A stretch of 24,710 bases of DNA from a virus (IMGVR_UViG_3300023179_000017:1-24710); one strand, 5' to 3'. Positions 1 to 9,304 are shown, numbered from the stretch's first letter. The notes: generated by a model from the sequence alone, not told the origin. Numbers and translations: made by a program.

Positions 1-1
1 A

Positions 2-2638
2 TCGATAGCTAGTTACGCCGTTGGAGCTGCTGCCGCAGGCGTCATTAATTCGGCAGCGGGGGCTAGACGAGATATCGATGCTTTTTTAGAGAGCAACAGC
101 TTTAGATTTGTTGGTGCCGGAAGCTCGATGGCAGATCCTCGGTTTGGTCGTGGGATGAACCGTGGCGCAAGACAGCAAGTTGGCGAAATGATTCGGGGTA
201 TGGATATCAAAGACCCCCAATTAAATACCCAAGACCTTACTCAGATTTTACAAGAGGGAACCCAGTTAGGCCTCATGAGTGGCGTTCAGGATATGAACGA
301 CTTTCAAAAGAAATTCAAGGACATAACCGAGAATGTAAAATCGGTTACCAAAATGCTTCATCAGACCTTGTCTGAGGGGCTAAAAACAATCAAAGATTTA
401 AAAGCTATAGGGGTAGAGGGCGGCGATGTAAAAAGTATGCTTGGCACCGCAGATATCTCTGGAAGAATTTCTGGAAGAACCGCAGGAGAGGCGCTTGGTC
501 TTGGTCTTCAGGGTGCTGAAATGTTTAGGGGCACTGGCGTGTCGATGGGGATTGGTGCTCAAGCCACCATGATGAATCTGGCCTCGGTAAGAGCCTCAAG
601 AGACGCAGGTCTTCTATCTCAAGAAGCTATTTCTCAGGCCGGCGGAGAAGAAGCTCTAGCAATGAGGCAAACTGCTGGTGGACTTGCTTTTTCACAGTCT
701 GCTATGGGGCGTGGTTTTGGAGCTGCCTTCTTTAATCCAGCTATGGGAGGGAATGGATTTAATTCTAGCGCCTTTATGGGCAACATGATGGCGGGCGGCG
801 GAAACCTGATTGGCATGGCACAACAAGCTGCCGCAAATATCGGAAGTCCCGCAGCTCTTATCTCTTATCAAGCCAACCAAGAAAAGTTTGTTTCTGAAAT
901 GGGTAAAGCGTTTGGGGGTCGTGGCCTTCAAATGGCCGCAATTGGAACGGCTGCCGCAACAGCTGGGATGCTTACAAGCTCTATTGGCGGTTTGAAGTTT
1001 GAAGATGCGTTTCGGTTTTCAATGAAGCAGCAAGGAAAGAGTGATGCTGAAATTGATGCCACCATTGCGGAAGCTAAGAATGCTGATAAAAATTTTGCCA
1101 CAGGACAAGAGGCTGTGGCGAACGCAAGAGCCAAAGCGATTCAGGAAGATTCTGCTAAAAACAACATCTTTAATAGAGCCTCTGCAAAAATCGGTGACGT
1201 TGTAAAAAATGCAGCCGACGAACTTGGCGGCAGAGCTATTTCTAATTTTATTAGCAGAGCCAGAGAAGCTTTCGTTACCTTTAAAGAAGAAAACATTGAT
1301 GGAATTTCAAGAGTAAGCACAGCACGAATTGATACATCTCTGCGAGATGCGGAGCCAGGAACAAAGGGCGTTCGCGGAGGCGACTTAAGTAAAGGCAACG
1401 CTTTAGGCATCAACAAGACGGCAGGTACGAGTGTTCTTGAGGCCCTATCTCCGCGTTTTGGAGAGCAGTCGGCTTTGGCTAAAGCTTTTGATGTTAAGAC
1501 GGAGTTACTAACTAGAGAAGAAGCTGAAAAGCGAGGGATGACCATCCTGTCTGACCACGGCTCTAAAGTAACGGCGGTTGATTCTGAAAAACTTAAACAG
1601 ATATCTGAGAGCAACTACGGTATGTCCGTGTCTGATGCGGCGGAAATGAAAAAAGCTGGGTTATTAGACAAAGTTTCGATGAAAAAAGATATCGGACAAA
1701 TCCTTAGTTCTGGGTCTAAAATTTCTAGTTTGGATGACGTATCACAGGCCATGTTCGGTAAAAAAGCTACCGAGTTAAGTAAAGCGCAGTACGCAAAAAT
1801 GGTGGATGAAGTAAAAGACACCAGCCTTAAATCCCTGGTAGATGAGGCCAGCGAGGGTGCAAACAAAGTAAAAGCTGGGGTAGAGGCTGTAGATGTAGCA
1901 AATTTAAAAGAAGCCGTTGGAAAATATGAGGATGTTAGAAAGACCCTCGCTAACAAAGCACACGCACCTATTGCTGACGGGGTGATAGAAAGAGTTCAAA
2001 GAGCAAGAGAACTGTCCAAAAAAGGCGATAAAAAAAGTAAAGACGAAGCTGAAAAGCTTTTAGCTGAAGCGCACAAAATGCAAGCTAATGTAGAAATCGA
2101 TGGAAAGAAGATGGACGCCAGTAAGGTTAAATCCGTTATCGATACGATAAAATCCTCTGACAAAGAATTAGATACAGCTAAAGACGCGATCAACACAGTG
2201 GCAGATATTCAAGAGTCTCGCGGCGGCAGGATGTTATCAAGAGCGCTTACTGCTGACATAGAAGGCGAGGCCGGTAAAAAACTCACTTTCGATCAGAAAG
2301 TTGCGCTAAAAGGAGTAAGTAAAAACCTTGAATCCGGGTCTTTAGAGGAAGTTTTAAAAATAGCACACAGCGAAGATGGAAAACTTTTAAAAACAGTGGG
2401 AGCCTCCGGAGCAGCGTTTGCTAAAGAAATCGAAAAAATAGAAAAACTAAATTCAAAAGATCCTGCAGCGGCTAGAGCTGAATTAGAAACCTACAGAAAA
2501 ACGGCAGCAGGAAATACAGCGGTATCTGGAAGTAGCACCGGAGCAGAAGACCCAAATAAAGCTGCAACAACCCAGACCAACATCAACGTTCAGACTTTGG
2601 AAGTCATGAAAGCTCTAGCAAAGAGATTGGGGGTTTAA
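2..2638 (+). CDS. Tape-measure-like protein, 5'-truncated by the window edge
   Basis: The frame of ORF 128..2638 is open back to position 2 (SIASYAVGAAAAGVINS...). The product is long and predicted helical, with a G/A/M/Q-rich N-half and a K/E/A-rich C-half. It lies directly upstream of the tube-initiator and hub genes, the usual tape-measure position. The call rests on composition and synteny. Confidence 0.65.
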   Translation, partial: SIASYAVGAAAAGVINSAAGARRDIDAFLESNSFRFVGAGSSMADPRFGRGMNRGARQQVGEMIRGMDIKDPQLNTQDLTQILQEGTQLGLMSGVQDMNDFQKKFKDITENVKSVTKMLHQTLSEGLKTIKDLKAIGVEGGDVKSMLGTADISGRISGRTAGEALGLGLQGAEMFRGTGVSMGIGAQATMMNLASVRASRDAGLLSQEAISQAGGEEALAMRQTAGGLAFSQSAMGRGFGAAFFNPAMGGNGFNSSAFMGNMMAGGGNLIGMAQQAAANIGSPAALISYQANQEKFVSEMGKAFGGRGLQMAAIGTAAATAGMLTSSIGGLKFEDAFRFSMKQQGKSDAEIDATIAEAKNADKNFATGQEAVANARAKAIQEDSAKNNIFNRASAKIGDVVKNAADELGGRAISNFISRAREAFVTFKEENIDGISRVSTARIDTSLRDAEPGTKGVRGGDLSKGNALGINKTAGTSVLEALSPRFGEQSALAKAFDVKTELLTREEAEKRGMTILSDHGSKVTAVDSEKLKQISESNYGMSVSDAAEMKKAGLLDKVSMKKDIGQILSSGSKISSLDDVSQAMFGKKATELSKAQYAKMVDEVKDTSLKSLVDEASEGANKVKAGVEAVDVANLKEAVGKYEDVRKTLANKAHAPIADGVIERVQRARELSKKGDKKSKDEAEKLLAEAHKMQANVEIDGKKMDASKVKSVIDTIKSSDKELDTAKDAINTVADIQESRGGRMLSRALTADIEGEAGKKLTFDQKVALKGVSKNLESGSLEEVLKIAHSEDGKLLKTVGASGAAFAKEIEKIEKLNSKDPAAARAELETYRKTAAGNTAVSGSSTGAEDPNKAATTQTNINVQTLEVMKALAKRLGV

Positions 2639-2835
2639 TGGGAGTTGTTGATTCAATAAAATCTTTTTTCAAATCTTCTGATGAAGAAAAAAAGTTACTA
2701 GCGCAGAACGAAGAAGTTCTCTCTCAGATGATGGCACTTGCTAAATCCGCACAGGCACCTGTTGAGCCTGACAACTCGGCTGGGGACATGGAAGGTAACT
2801 TAAGAAGAATCAGACAGGAGAGTAGTGGACAATGA
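2638..2835 (+). CDS. Small hypothetical protein (65 aa)
   Basis: TAATG overlap with the upstream stop and ATGA overlap with the next gene. It fills the gap in the operon exactly. Confidence 0.7.
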   Translation: MGVVDSIKSFFKSSDEEKKLLAQNEEVLSQMMALAKSAQAPVEPDNSAGDMEGNLRRIRQESSGQ

Positions 2836-3062
2836 GTAAAATAGAAGCACAAGAATCTTACTTGATTGCTACAGCTCTAGGTAACGTGGTGGTTAGGGAT
2901 AAGCTTGTAAGTGACGCCGATGTTGAAGACGTCGTGAAATCTCAAGCCATTTCTCAAGCAAGGCTTATTCAAATGGTGAATGTGGGAAAACAAATTGATA
3001 AGAACGCTGTTCTTCCAGCTGCGGTTCTTCCATCGGTGTTTAGAGATGCGGGTGATGAATAA
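2832..3062 (+). CDS. Small hypothetical protein (76 aa)
   Basis: ATGA overlap upstream, with AGGAG/GTGG before the start, and TAATG overlap downstream. Confidence 0.7.
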   Translation: MSKIEAQESYLIATALGNVVVRDKLVSDADVEDVVKSQAISQARLIQMVNVGKQIDKNAVLPAAVLPSVFRDAGDE

Positions 3063-4093
3063 TGGGCAGTTTAAGAAAAAAAGCCAACGCTAAGAAGGCC
3101 GCAGGAATTGCCAACACGCTTCTTGGTTATTTAGCGGAAGCCTCTGCTACGCCAGACGGCTCTTTGACAAAAACTGTGACCCCTTCAAAGCAAGACAAAG
3201 TATCCGTACAGATTACCACTCCGCAAGACCTGATGCAGTTTAGGGAGGCTTTTTTATCTGAGGGGTTTGCAAAGCACCCAGTAACTACAAGCCAAACAAA
3301 AGTGGCAGCTGACTTTTATCGAAGAGGTGGGATTAGGAACTCTGATAACCCACAGAACAGCTTCTTTGAATTGCCTAGAAGTGTTGATGATAGCGGTCAG
3401 GATGAACCAGCTTCTATTAGACTGATTGGTAAAAACCCACCAGGAGGTAGCGGAGATGATGTTGATTTGATTCCTCCGTTTAGCAAATTCTTCCTTGAAA
3501 ACGTTCAGGAGCCCCACACAGAGAGATCACAGATTGTTGAGACCTTTGGTAATTTTTATGTTTTCTTTTTTGGGGAAAGGCCCCCGATATATAACTTTAG
3601 TGGAACGCTGCTTAATACAAACAACCTAAACTGGGTTGAAGATTACATGTTTTATTATGAAAACTTTCTTAGAGGAACTAAATGCGTTGACTTGCAAGCC
3701 AAGCTTGTCTTGACTTACGGATATCATCAGGTGGAGGGGTTTTTATTAAACACAAGTCTTAATACCACCGCCGTGATCGAAAAGGGAGTGTCGGTGTCCT
3801 TTCAAGTGCTGGTCATAGACAGGAAGGTTTTAAAGCTTTCGACGGACTTTGGTCTCGTTGAGAGTAACGGCCAGTTTAGTAAAGATATCTCTTTTTTAAA
3901 TTTGTTAGTAAAAGGTTTGTCTAAACCAGAAACCTCTGACGCTACTAAGTTTGGCTCTGGGGCGCTAAACAAGAAGAATAACCCATCGAAGCTAGTTGCA
4001 GCTTTGGGTTCCCAAGTGCAATCTTTATCAAACAAGTTTAAAACAAAATTGGTTTCTGGAGCAAACGGGTTTTTAAGAAAAGTTATAGGATAA
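3062..4093 (+). CDS. Putative tail tube initiator / baseplate hub-associated protein (tube-like beta fold)
   Basis: The central beta-rich segment FFLENVQEPHTERSQIVETFGNFYVFFFGERPPIYNFSGTLLN...LVLTYG...VEGFLLN...VSVSFQVLV has the strand pattern of gpU/gp48-54-type tube-fold proteins. The gene lies between the tape measure and hub genes. Confidence 0.5.
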   Translation: MGSLRKKANAKKAAGIANTLLGYLAEASATPDGSLTKTVTPSKQDKVSVQITTPQDLMQFREAFLSEGFAKHPVTTSQTKVAADFYRRGGIRNSDNPQNSFFELPRSVDDSGQDEPASIRLIGKNPPGGSGDDVDLIPPFSKFFLENVQEPHTERSQIVETFGNFYVFFFGERPPIYNFSGTLLNTNNLNWVEDYMFYYENFLRGTKCVDLQAKLVLTYGYHQVEGFLLNTSLNTTAVIEKGVSVSFQVLVIDRKVLKLSTDFGLVESNGQFSKDISFLNLLVKGLSKPETSDATKFGSGALNKKNNPSKLVAALGSQVQSLSNKFKTKLVSGANGFLRKVIG

Positions 4094-4097
4094 ACAC

Positions 4098-6155
4098 ATG
4101 GCAACAGGTAGGCCTCTTTCTGCGAAATTATTTCTAGAGGGGATAGAAGTTCCTTTTACTGGGGCTACTATTACTACCACGGTAGGACAGGCTGGGATTG
4201 CCTATATCGATGTTGTTCCGCACGCCACCATCAATAACATCAAACCTCGAACGATGGCCCACATTTTTGTAAGAGACGTCAACAATGAAAAAGAAGGCTT
4301 TCCTTACGTTCTAGCTTTTGAGGGAGAGGTGTTTGGGTACTCGTTCAACAAGACCCCATCGGGAAGAAGCATGTCTTTATCGTGTATTGATTTTTCCTCC
4401 TACTGGGACAATGTTGTAACGTACTTCTTTAATGCCCAGCAGACCATGGGAAAGTCAGCCGAAGAGATTCAAGTGAGCGGCCTAGACCAAGCGGATGCAA
4501 GGAAGAGCCAAACAAAAATAATCCCAGTCACAAACGCCAGGTCGTCTTATTTCATACAAGTTATAAACAAGGTACTTTCTAAACCGGGCACAGACTTTTT
4601 AGATGGGTTTGTTGGGGTTATCAAAGACATCTCCAGCACCAATTCGTTTTATCAATTGGCATCTAAGCGCCTTAGAATAGAAGACAGAATTGTGCTGCAT
4701 TCTTCCAAGTCTCTTTCAAAACTATTAAGGCAGCAAGAAGCTATCGAGTGGTTTTCATCTGTAATCGGAAGAACTACCGGATATCAAACTTTAAGAAATG
4801 TTATCTTAGATTTGTTGGGCTTGATTTATCATGACACGACTTCAATCCCCTTTCCGGCTGTTGTAGATAGCAAGATATCAGGAGCCACGCTTACAAAGAA
4901 TGGGAAGCCAAAAGATACAATCGGGGAGTTTGTTTTTAAACCCAATTTGTTTATGATGCCACCCCCAATCTGTAACACCTTTTTCCCAGACGAGTATTCA
5001 AGCTTCACCTTCTCTCGTAATTTTTTACAAGAACCCACAAGGCTTATTTATAAACCCGAAGTGCCTGTGTTTGGAGGAAGCTCTGTTGCAATGATTCACA
5101 AGTATGAGCCAGAGAGTTTTAGTAACTTTATGGCACCCAATAAAAATTTAACCAACCTATCCGGTGAGGGGGACGTTCAAGTTCCACCCGCCTACAAAGC
5201 TGTAAAGTTTGGTGACCCAGAAGCCAAATTCCCACAGACCGGGCTTGGTAAAAAAAGAGAGCAGCATTTTTTAACTAATGAAGAATTGATGAAAGGTATT
5301 CTTATGGCGCAAGAGGGGATGGTCCCCGCTGCGAGCCAATTCCGTTCAGCTATGTCTGAGATAGGAAAGAACAACTACCTTCAAGGAATCGCAAAGTATC
5401 TTTTCTATAAAAAAAGATACCAGGGCAGACAGTTGGAAATCACGAGCCATCTTAAATTATCAGTAGTGCCAGGATTTCCCGTTTTGATTGTAGATGATAG
5501 CGATGCTAGTCAGACGGTAGTGGCATATTGTAATTCTGTAACGCACCGAATTTATGCAACTCAAGGGGGATATACAAACACCAGTCTTTCGTATGCACGA
5601 ACCGTTGAGGAGCAAGACGCCTCTTCTGGAAAAGCAAACGAGCCACTTATTCCGCCGTGGTTTGCCGAAGAAATTTTTGGCTCCCGAGGGGTTCCTAAGG
5701 CATCCCCCGCCGCTAAAGGTACTCGTAAAAAACAAGAGCAGAAAGCAGCTAAAGCCGGAAGTCAGAACATCATTCCAGATGCGATTTCTAAGTTCTACGC
5801 AACCCTTCTTGGTAAGAGCGGGTCTGATTGTATTACTACTAATACTAAAACCAGCACGCTTCTTGCCGCCTCTTTAGTTCTTGTGGAAGACTACAAAAAA
5901 CAAAGACAGATTGGCCCACAAGCAGTCCACAGTTTTATCGACCAGAAAACCAGACGCAGATACGTCACGATGAAAGAGGCGTTTGGATTCCTTGGTGCAA
6001 CTACTAATGCCGAGGATCTGTCGTTGCCGTTCTTGGAGTTTTCTGGTGCGGGCATTTTAGGCAGCGGAGAAGATAAAACACCTATCAGCAAAAAACGGGC
6101 GGTGGTACTTGCATACCGAGATGCCCTTAAAAAGAATCGAGGCTTCCGTGGATGA
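4098..6155 (+). CDS. Baseplate hub protein (gp27 / Mu gp44 / gpD-like) with insertions
   Basis: The N-terminus KLFLEGIEVPFTGATITT...LAFEGEVFGYSF...SLSCIDF and the later RQLEITSHLKLSVVPGFPVLIVD...YCNSVTHRI...TNTSLSYAR match the two-barrel pattern of hub proteins. Synteny agrees. Confidence 0.65.
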   Translation: MATGRPLSAKLFLEGIEVPFTGATITTTVGQAGIAYIDVVPHATINNIKPRTMAHIFVRDVNNEKEGFPYVLAFEGEVFGYSFNKTPSGRSMSLSCIDFSSYWDNVVTYFFNAQQTMGKSAEEIQVSGLDQADARKSQTKIIPVTNARSSYFIQVINKVLSKPGTDFLDGFVGVIKDISSTNSFYQLASKRLRIEDRIVLHSSKSLSKLLRQQEAIEWFSSVIGRTTGYQTLRNVILDLLGLIYHDTTSIPFPAVVDSKISGATLTKNGKPKDTIGEFVFKPNLFMMPPPICNTFFPDEYSSFTFSRNFLQEPTRLIYKPEVPVFGGSSVAMIHKYEPESFSNFMAPNKNLTNLSGEGDVQVPPAYKAVKFGDPEAKFPQTGLGKKREQHFLTNEELMKGILMAQEGMVPAASQFRSAMSEIGKNNYLQGIAKYLFYKKRYQGRQLEITSHLKLSVVPGFPVLIVDDSDASQTVVAYCNSVTHRIYATQGGYTNTSLSYARTVEEQDASSGKANEPLIPPWFAEEIFGSRGVPKASPAAKGTRKKQEQKAAKAGSQNIIPDAISKFYATLLGKSGSDCITTNTKTSTLLAASLVLVEDYKKQRQIGPQAVHSFIDQKTRRRYVTMKEAFGFLGATTNAEDLSLPFLEFSGAGILGSGEDKTPISKKRAVVLAYRDALKKNRGFRG

Positions 6156-6873
6156 TAGAAAAAAACACGAGCAGGACTTATTTAAGAAATGGAAAAAGAC
6201 CCAAGATAAAACGCACTTTCAAAACCTCTACCAGTCGATGAAGAACCTGATTCATACGGCTGCTAGAAAAGCTTCTGTGAAGTCTAACATTCCTGAGAGC
6301 GCGCATAGGATTTGGGCTGCCCAAAACTTTTTGTCGGCTTTGAAAACTTATGACCCATCCAAAGGCACTGCGCTTCAAACCCACGTTTACACAGCCGTGC
6401 ATGAGAAAGCAAAGCGTCTTAATTATCTGCATCAAAACATTGGGGTGATGCCAGAACCGAGAGCTCAGATGGTGGGGCTATACCAAAATGAGTATGACAA
6501 CCTACGAGCCTCTCTGGGTAGAGAGCCCTCGACAGCGGAACTTGCAGATAGGCTTCATATGTCTGTAAAAGATATTGCTGTCATTCAGAAAGAAATCCAA
6601 AAAGACTTGGCGATAGGTGAAGGCACAGAGAGCGTTTCGTTTGCGGAAGGTAATCGAGACGAAGAGCGGGCTACTTACGTTTACTACGATTGCACCCCAG
6701 AAGAAAAAGTGGTGTTTGAGTATTTGTACGGCAGGTACGGTAAACCCAGACTTGTAAAAGCAAACAACAAACCAGACTTTGATGCCATAGCGCAACGAAT
6801 GGGTGTTTCGGTTGCTAAAGTCCGAACCCTTTATAATGGCATTAGAGTGAGAATGGAGAAGGCACTCAGATGA
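6148..6873 (+). CDS. Divergent sigma-70 family RNA polymerase sigma factor (regions 2, 3 and 4; FliA/SigF-like size)
   Basis: Region 2-like ALKTYDPSKG, region 3 LRASLGREPSTAELADRLHMS, and a region 4 HTH TPEEKVVFEYLYG...FDAIAQRMGVSVAKVRTL. GTG 6148 is the preferred start (GAGG at 6139-6142; GTGGATGA overlaps the hub stop). ATG 6121 and TTG 6109 are alternatives. Confidence 0.85.
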   Translation: MDDRKKHEQDLFKKWKKTQDKTHFQNLYQSMKNLIHTAARKASVKSNIPESAHRIWAAQNFLSALKTYDPSKGTALQTHVYTAVHEKAKRLNYLHQNIGVMPEPRAQMVGLYQNEYDNLRASLGREPSTAELADRLHMSVKDIAVIQKEIQKDLAIGEGTESVSFAEGNRDEERATYVYYDCTPEEKVVFEYLYGRYGKPRLVKANNKPDFDAIAQRMGVSVAKVRTLYNGIRVRMEKALR

Positions 6874-8897
6874 GTCTTTCGCTTGTACTAGAATACATTA
6901 AGAAGGAGAGGGAGAATTTAGCTAAGGATGAAAAAGCCTTAAGCACGCTTTCCAAGATTTCTTCTGCCCCATCTAAGATTCTAGACTCTATCAACTTAAG
7001 CGCCGCCACCAATGCGCTTGTCAGCATTCAAAAGAACCCGCTTGAGCAATTAGGTAAAGACTATATCTCCGAAATGATTTCTAAGAACGGAGCTGGTTTA
7101 ATTAAGAACGTAGATACGTTTGTTGGCAAAGCTGTCGGCAAACAAGTTGAGAACATACAGAACCTCGCGTTTGACACAATCGCAGTTGCGTTAGTGGCTA
7201 AAAACGATTTGTCGATGTACTTCTTAAAGAACCTCGCTAAAAATGCCGTCAGCTCTATTCAAAGAAAACGAACCATTTTATTAAACTTACAAGAAAAGCT
7301 ACGTCAGTTGCATAACGCCCTTCTACTGTTAGTAAATGGTGAGCCGTATTTTTCAAAGTACTTAGTGAAATTAAGAAATGCTCTTCTTCTTATTTTAACG
7401 GCAAGAAACGATGTAGTGACGGTAAGAAACACGCTTTTCTCCACAGACAGGTGGCTTGGAACACGCTTTGAAGAATCTAAAAAGAATCTAAAAAAAGCAG
7501 AAGACCTTATGCAACCTGCAGACGGTAAGCCCCCTGCTAACTACACAGACAAGGGGATTCTTTCAGGTCTTGGGATTACTCCGCCCAATCAACAGCTTGC
7601 GGTTCTTTTAGCGGTGCCACAGCTGGTTCAAGAAGTCTTGGCCGCAGCTAATGGTTATTTTCTAGCCACTCTTCAAACCAATGCGCTGATATCTGCTTTC
7701 TTAGTTGGTTATGCCTCTCTTTCTTCAGCAGGTTCTTCCAGATTAAAACAAACCACTATCAATACCCTAGACAACATCATTTCTAAATTAGATGGCCTTG
7801 TAGATTCTATGTCCACAACGTTGAATGGAGAGGCGGGGGCAATTTCAACTCCAGTTCTTGGTTTCTCACCCGACCCAATTAAATCTTCCGCAAAGTCTCT
7901 CGAGTGGTTATTAGAATTAAAAACAATTATTCAGTATATGGGTTTTGTGCCAAGCCCCACCCTTAAGTCTCTGACCACCAGCAACGATGCCCTAACTAAT
8001 TACCAAAAAGCTGTAGACACCATTAAAAAGAAAAATAATAGAGAGCTGGGCGGAGCCATTTTGATTGCTAAAGAGGGCCAAGAACAAATTGGGCAACTAG
8101 AATCCCAGCTAACTACTTTCACGCTCGCCTGCCTTCAAGCGATTGTGGATGCAAAGGTAGCCTCAAATATCCTTTCGCTTGGAAGAACGATTCAAAACAG
8201 ACTAACTCTTTCGTTAGATCAAGATAAAGAAATTGAGGTGGTTCTTACAGCCTTTGCAAACTCTCCGCTTCCCTTACAGTCTGAACTAACAAAAGTAGGT
8301 ACTGGTGTATTTACTTTATTAAATGACTTGGGACTTGACCGCGCTGCGGCTTTATTACAGCAAGGAAAGTTCTCTGACTTTTTTAACTTAAACCCAAAGA
8401 CCGCAACGTTTGTGGGAGCGGCTTTGGTGGGGATAGGCGCTTTACAAGAATGCTTACACACCACAGAAGACCGGCAGCAGCTTGTCCAAGCTCAACGAGA
8501 ACTTCAAAGAGCCCAGACCGCAAAAGAACTCCTGGCTCAACGCGCCGCCTCTACTGGTTTCGCACAACAAAAAGCCTCCAACACTGACAAAGGTAATAAG
8601 CTTTTAACTATAGAACAACGAGCTGTTTCAGCCTCCAGTAAATGCGCAACACCGGATATACTTAAATCAGACAACTTGCTGGCGGGTGTTGGTGCTACCT
8701 TGGGTATCGGGTTCTTAGGAGGCAAAACACTTCCAGATGCTTACAAAAAAATAGGTAGCGGTGCGTTAAGCGCTGGGGTTTCAGCTTTAGGCGGCAACAC
8801 TTCTTTAGATGCGCTGAATAAAATAAGTGGCAGCGCAAACGCTGCTTTAGCATCGGCAACTAATTCTCTCTCTTCGTTAGGAAAGGGTATTTTATAG
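6870..8897 (+). CDS. Hypothetical alpha-helical protein (675 aa), probably virion-associated
   Basis: Long ORF with ATGA and TAGTG overlaps at its two ends. L/A/K/S/Q-rich amphipathic helices plus several Gly-containing hydrophobic stretches. No family recognised. Confidence 0.8.
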   Translation: MSLSLVLEYIKKERENLAKDEKALSTLSKISSAPSKILDSINLSAATNALVSIQKNPLEQLGKDYISEMISKNGAGLIKNVDTFVGKAVGKQVENIQNLAFDTIAVALVAKNDLSMYFLKNLAKNAVSSIQRKRTILLNLQEKLRQLHNALLLLVNGEPYFSKYLVKLRNALLLILTARNDVVTVRNTLFSTDRWLGTRFEESKKNLKKAEDLMQPADGKPPANYTDKGILSGLGITPPNQQLAVLLAVPQLVQEVLAAANGYFLATLQTNALISAFLVGYASLSSAGSSRLKQTTINTLDNIISKLDGLVDSMSTTLNGEAGAISTPVLGFSPDPIKSSAKSLEWLLELKTIIQYMGFVPSPTLKSLTTSNDALTNYQKAVDTIKKKNNRELGGAILIAKEGQEQIGQLESQLTTFTLACLQAIVDAKVASNILSLGRTIQNRLTLSLDQDKEIEVVLTAFANSPLPLQSELTKVGTGVFTLLNDLGLDRAAALLQQGKFSDFFNLNPKTATFVGAALVGIGALQECLHTTEDRQQLVQAQRELQRAQTAKELLAQRAASTGFAQQKASNTDKGNKLLTIEQRAVSASSKCATPDILKSDNLLAGVGATLGIGFLGGKTLPDAYKKIGSGALSAGVSALGGNTSLDALNKISGSANAALASATNSLSSLGKGIL

Positions 8898-9304
8898 TGG
8901 ATATTCAAATCATAAACGTCGACCCAGAAACTAACGTGGTGAGCTTTGGGATTAAACCAAAAGTGCTTACAGGTATTTCTAAGCTCATTCAGATCGTGGT
9001 AATCTCTTTATTGACCATCCCAGGCAAGGATGCGCTGAACCCCGATGAGGGCGGTGGTCTTCAGGATTTGTTGGGTAGCAACATCGACCCAGAAGATTCG
9101 ACTTCTATTTTTTCGGAAATAGCAAGAAAAGTAAAAAAATCCGAAACAGAGATTATTAGTAATCAGGTAGGAAGTAATGATCCGCCTGAAGAGAAACTTT
9201 CGGAGATACAGATAGTATCGATAGCCCAAGGGAATATCGATGAGATTTTTGTGACATTAAGAGTAGTTAACCAGGTCAACCAGGCCTCTGTTATAGTTAT
9301 ATAA
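8897..9304 (+). CDS. Baseplate wedge / sheath initiator, gp25 (GPW_gp25)-like
   Basis: 135 aa. GISKLIQIVVISLLTIPGKDALNPDEGGGL matches the gp25 signature L-T-x-x-G-x-x-x-x-x-P-x-x-G. It lies immediately before baseplate J. GTG start overlaps TAG. Confidence 0.8.
   Translation: MDIQIINVDPETNVVSFGIKPKVLTGISKLIQIVVISLLTIPGKDALNPDEGGGLQDLLGSNIDPEDSTSIFSEIARKVKKSETEIISNQVGSNDPPEEKLSEIQIVSIAQGNIDEIFVTLRVVNQVNQASVIVI

Noticed and set aside
2688-2694. In-phase slippery heptamer A AAA AAG in the 65-aa ORF (possible -1 frameshift joining the two small ORFs, as in tail chaperones)
   Set aside because: The -1 frame hits TAA at 2742-2744, well before ORF 2832. Tail chaperone pairs also normally precede the tape measure.
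3245-3277. EAFLSEGFAKH in the 343-aa protein as a fourth copy of the F-x-x-G-F-x-K motif
   Set aside because: The spacing is one residue longer and the terminal [RQ][AS] is missing, so it could be chance.
8895-8915. Stop-codon reassignment (alternative genetic code)
   Set aside because: TAA, TGA and TAG all end genes at tight overlaps, and coding density is complete under code 11. Read-through of the single TAG would add only six codons.
4098-9304. Type VI secretion system (VgrG/TssE) interpretation
   Set aside because: A tape-measure-like gene and multiple fibres are present, while TssJLM, TssK and ClpV are absent and the hub has no VgrG beta-helix.
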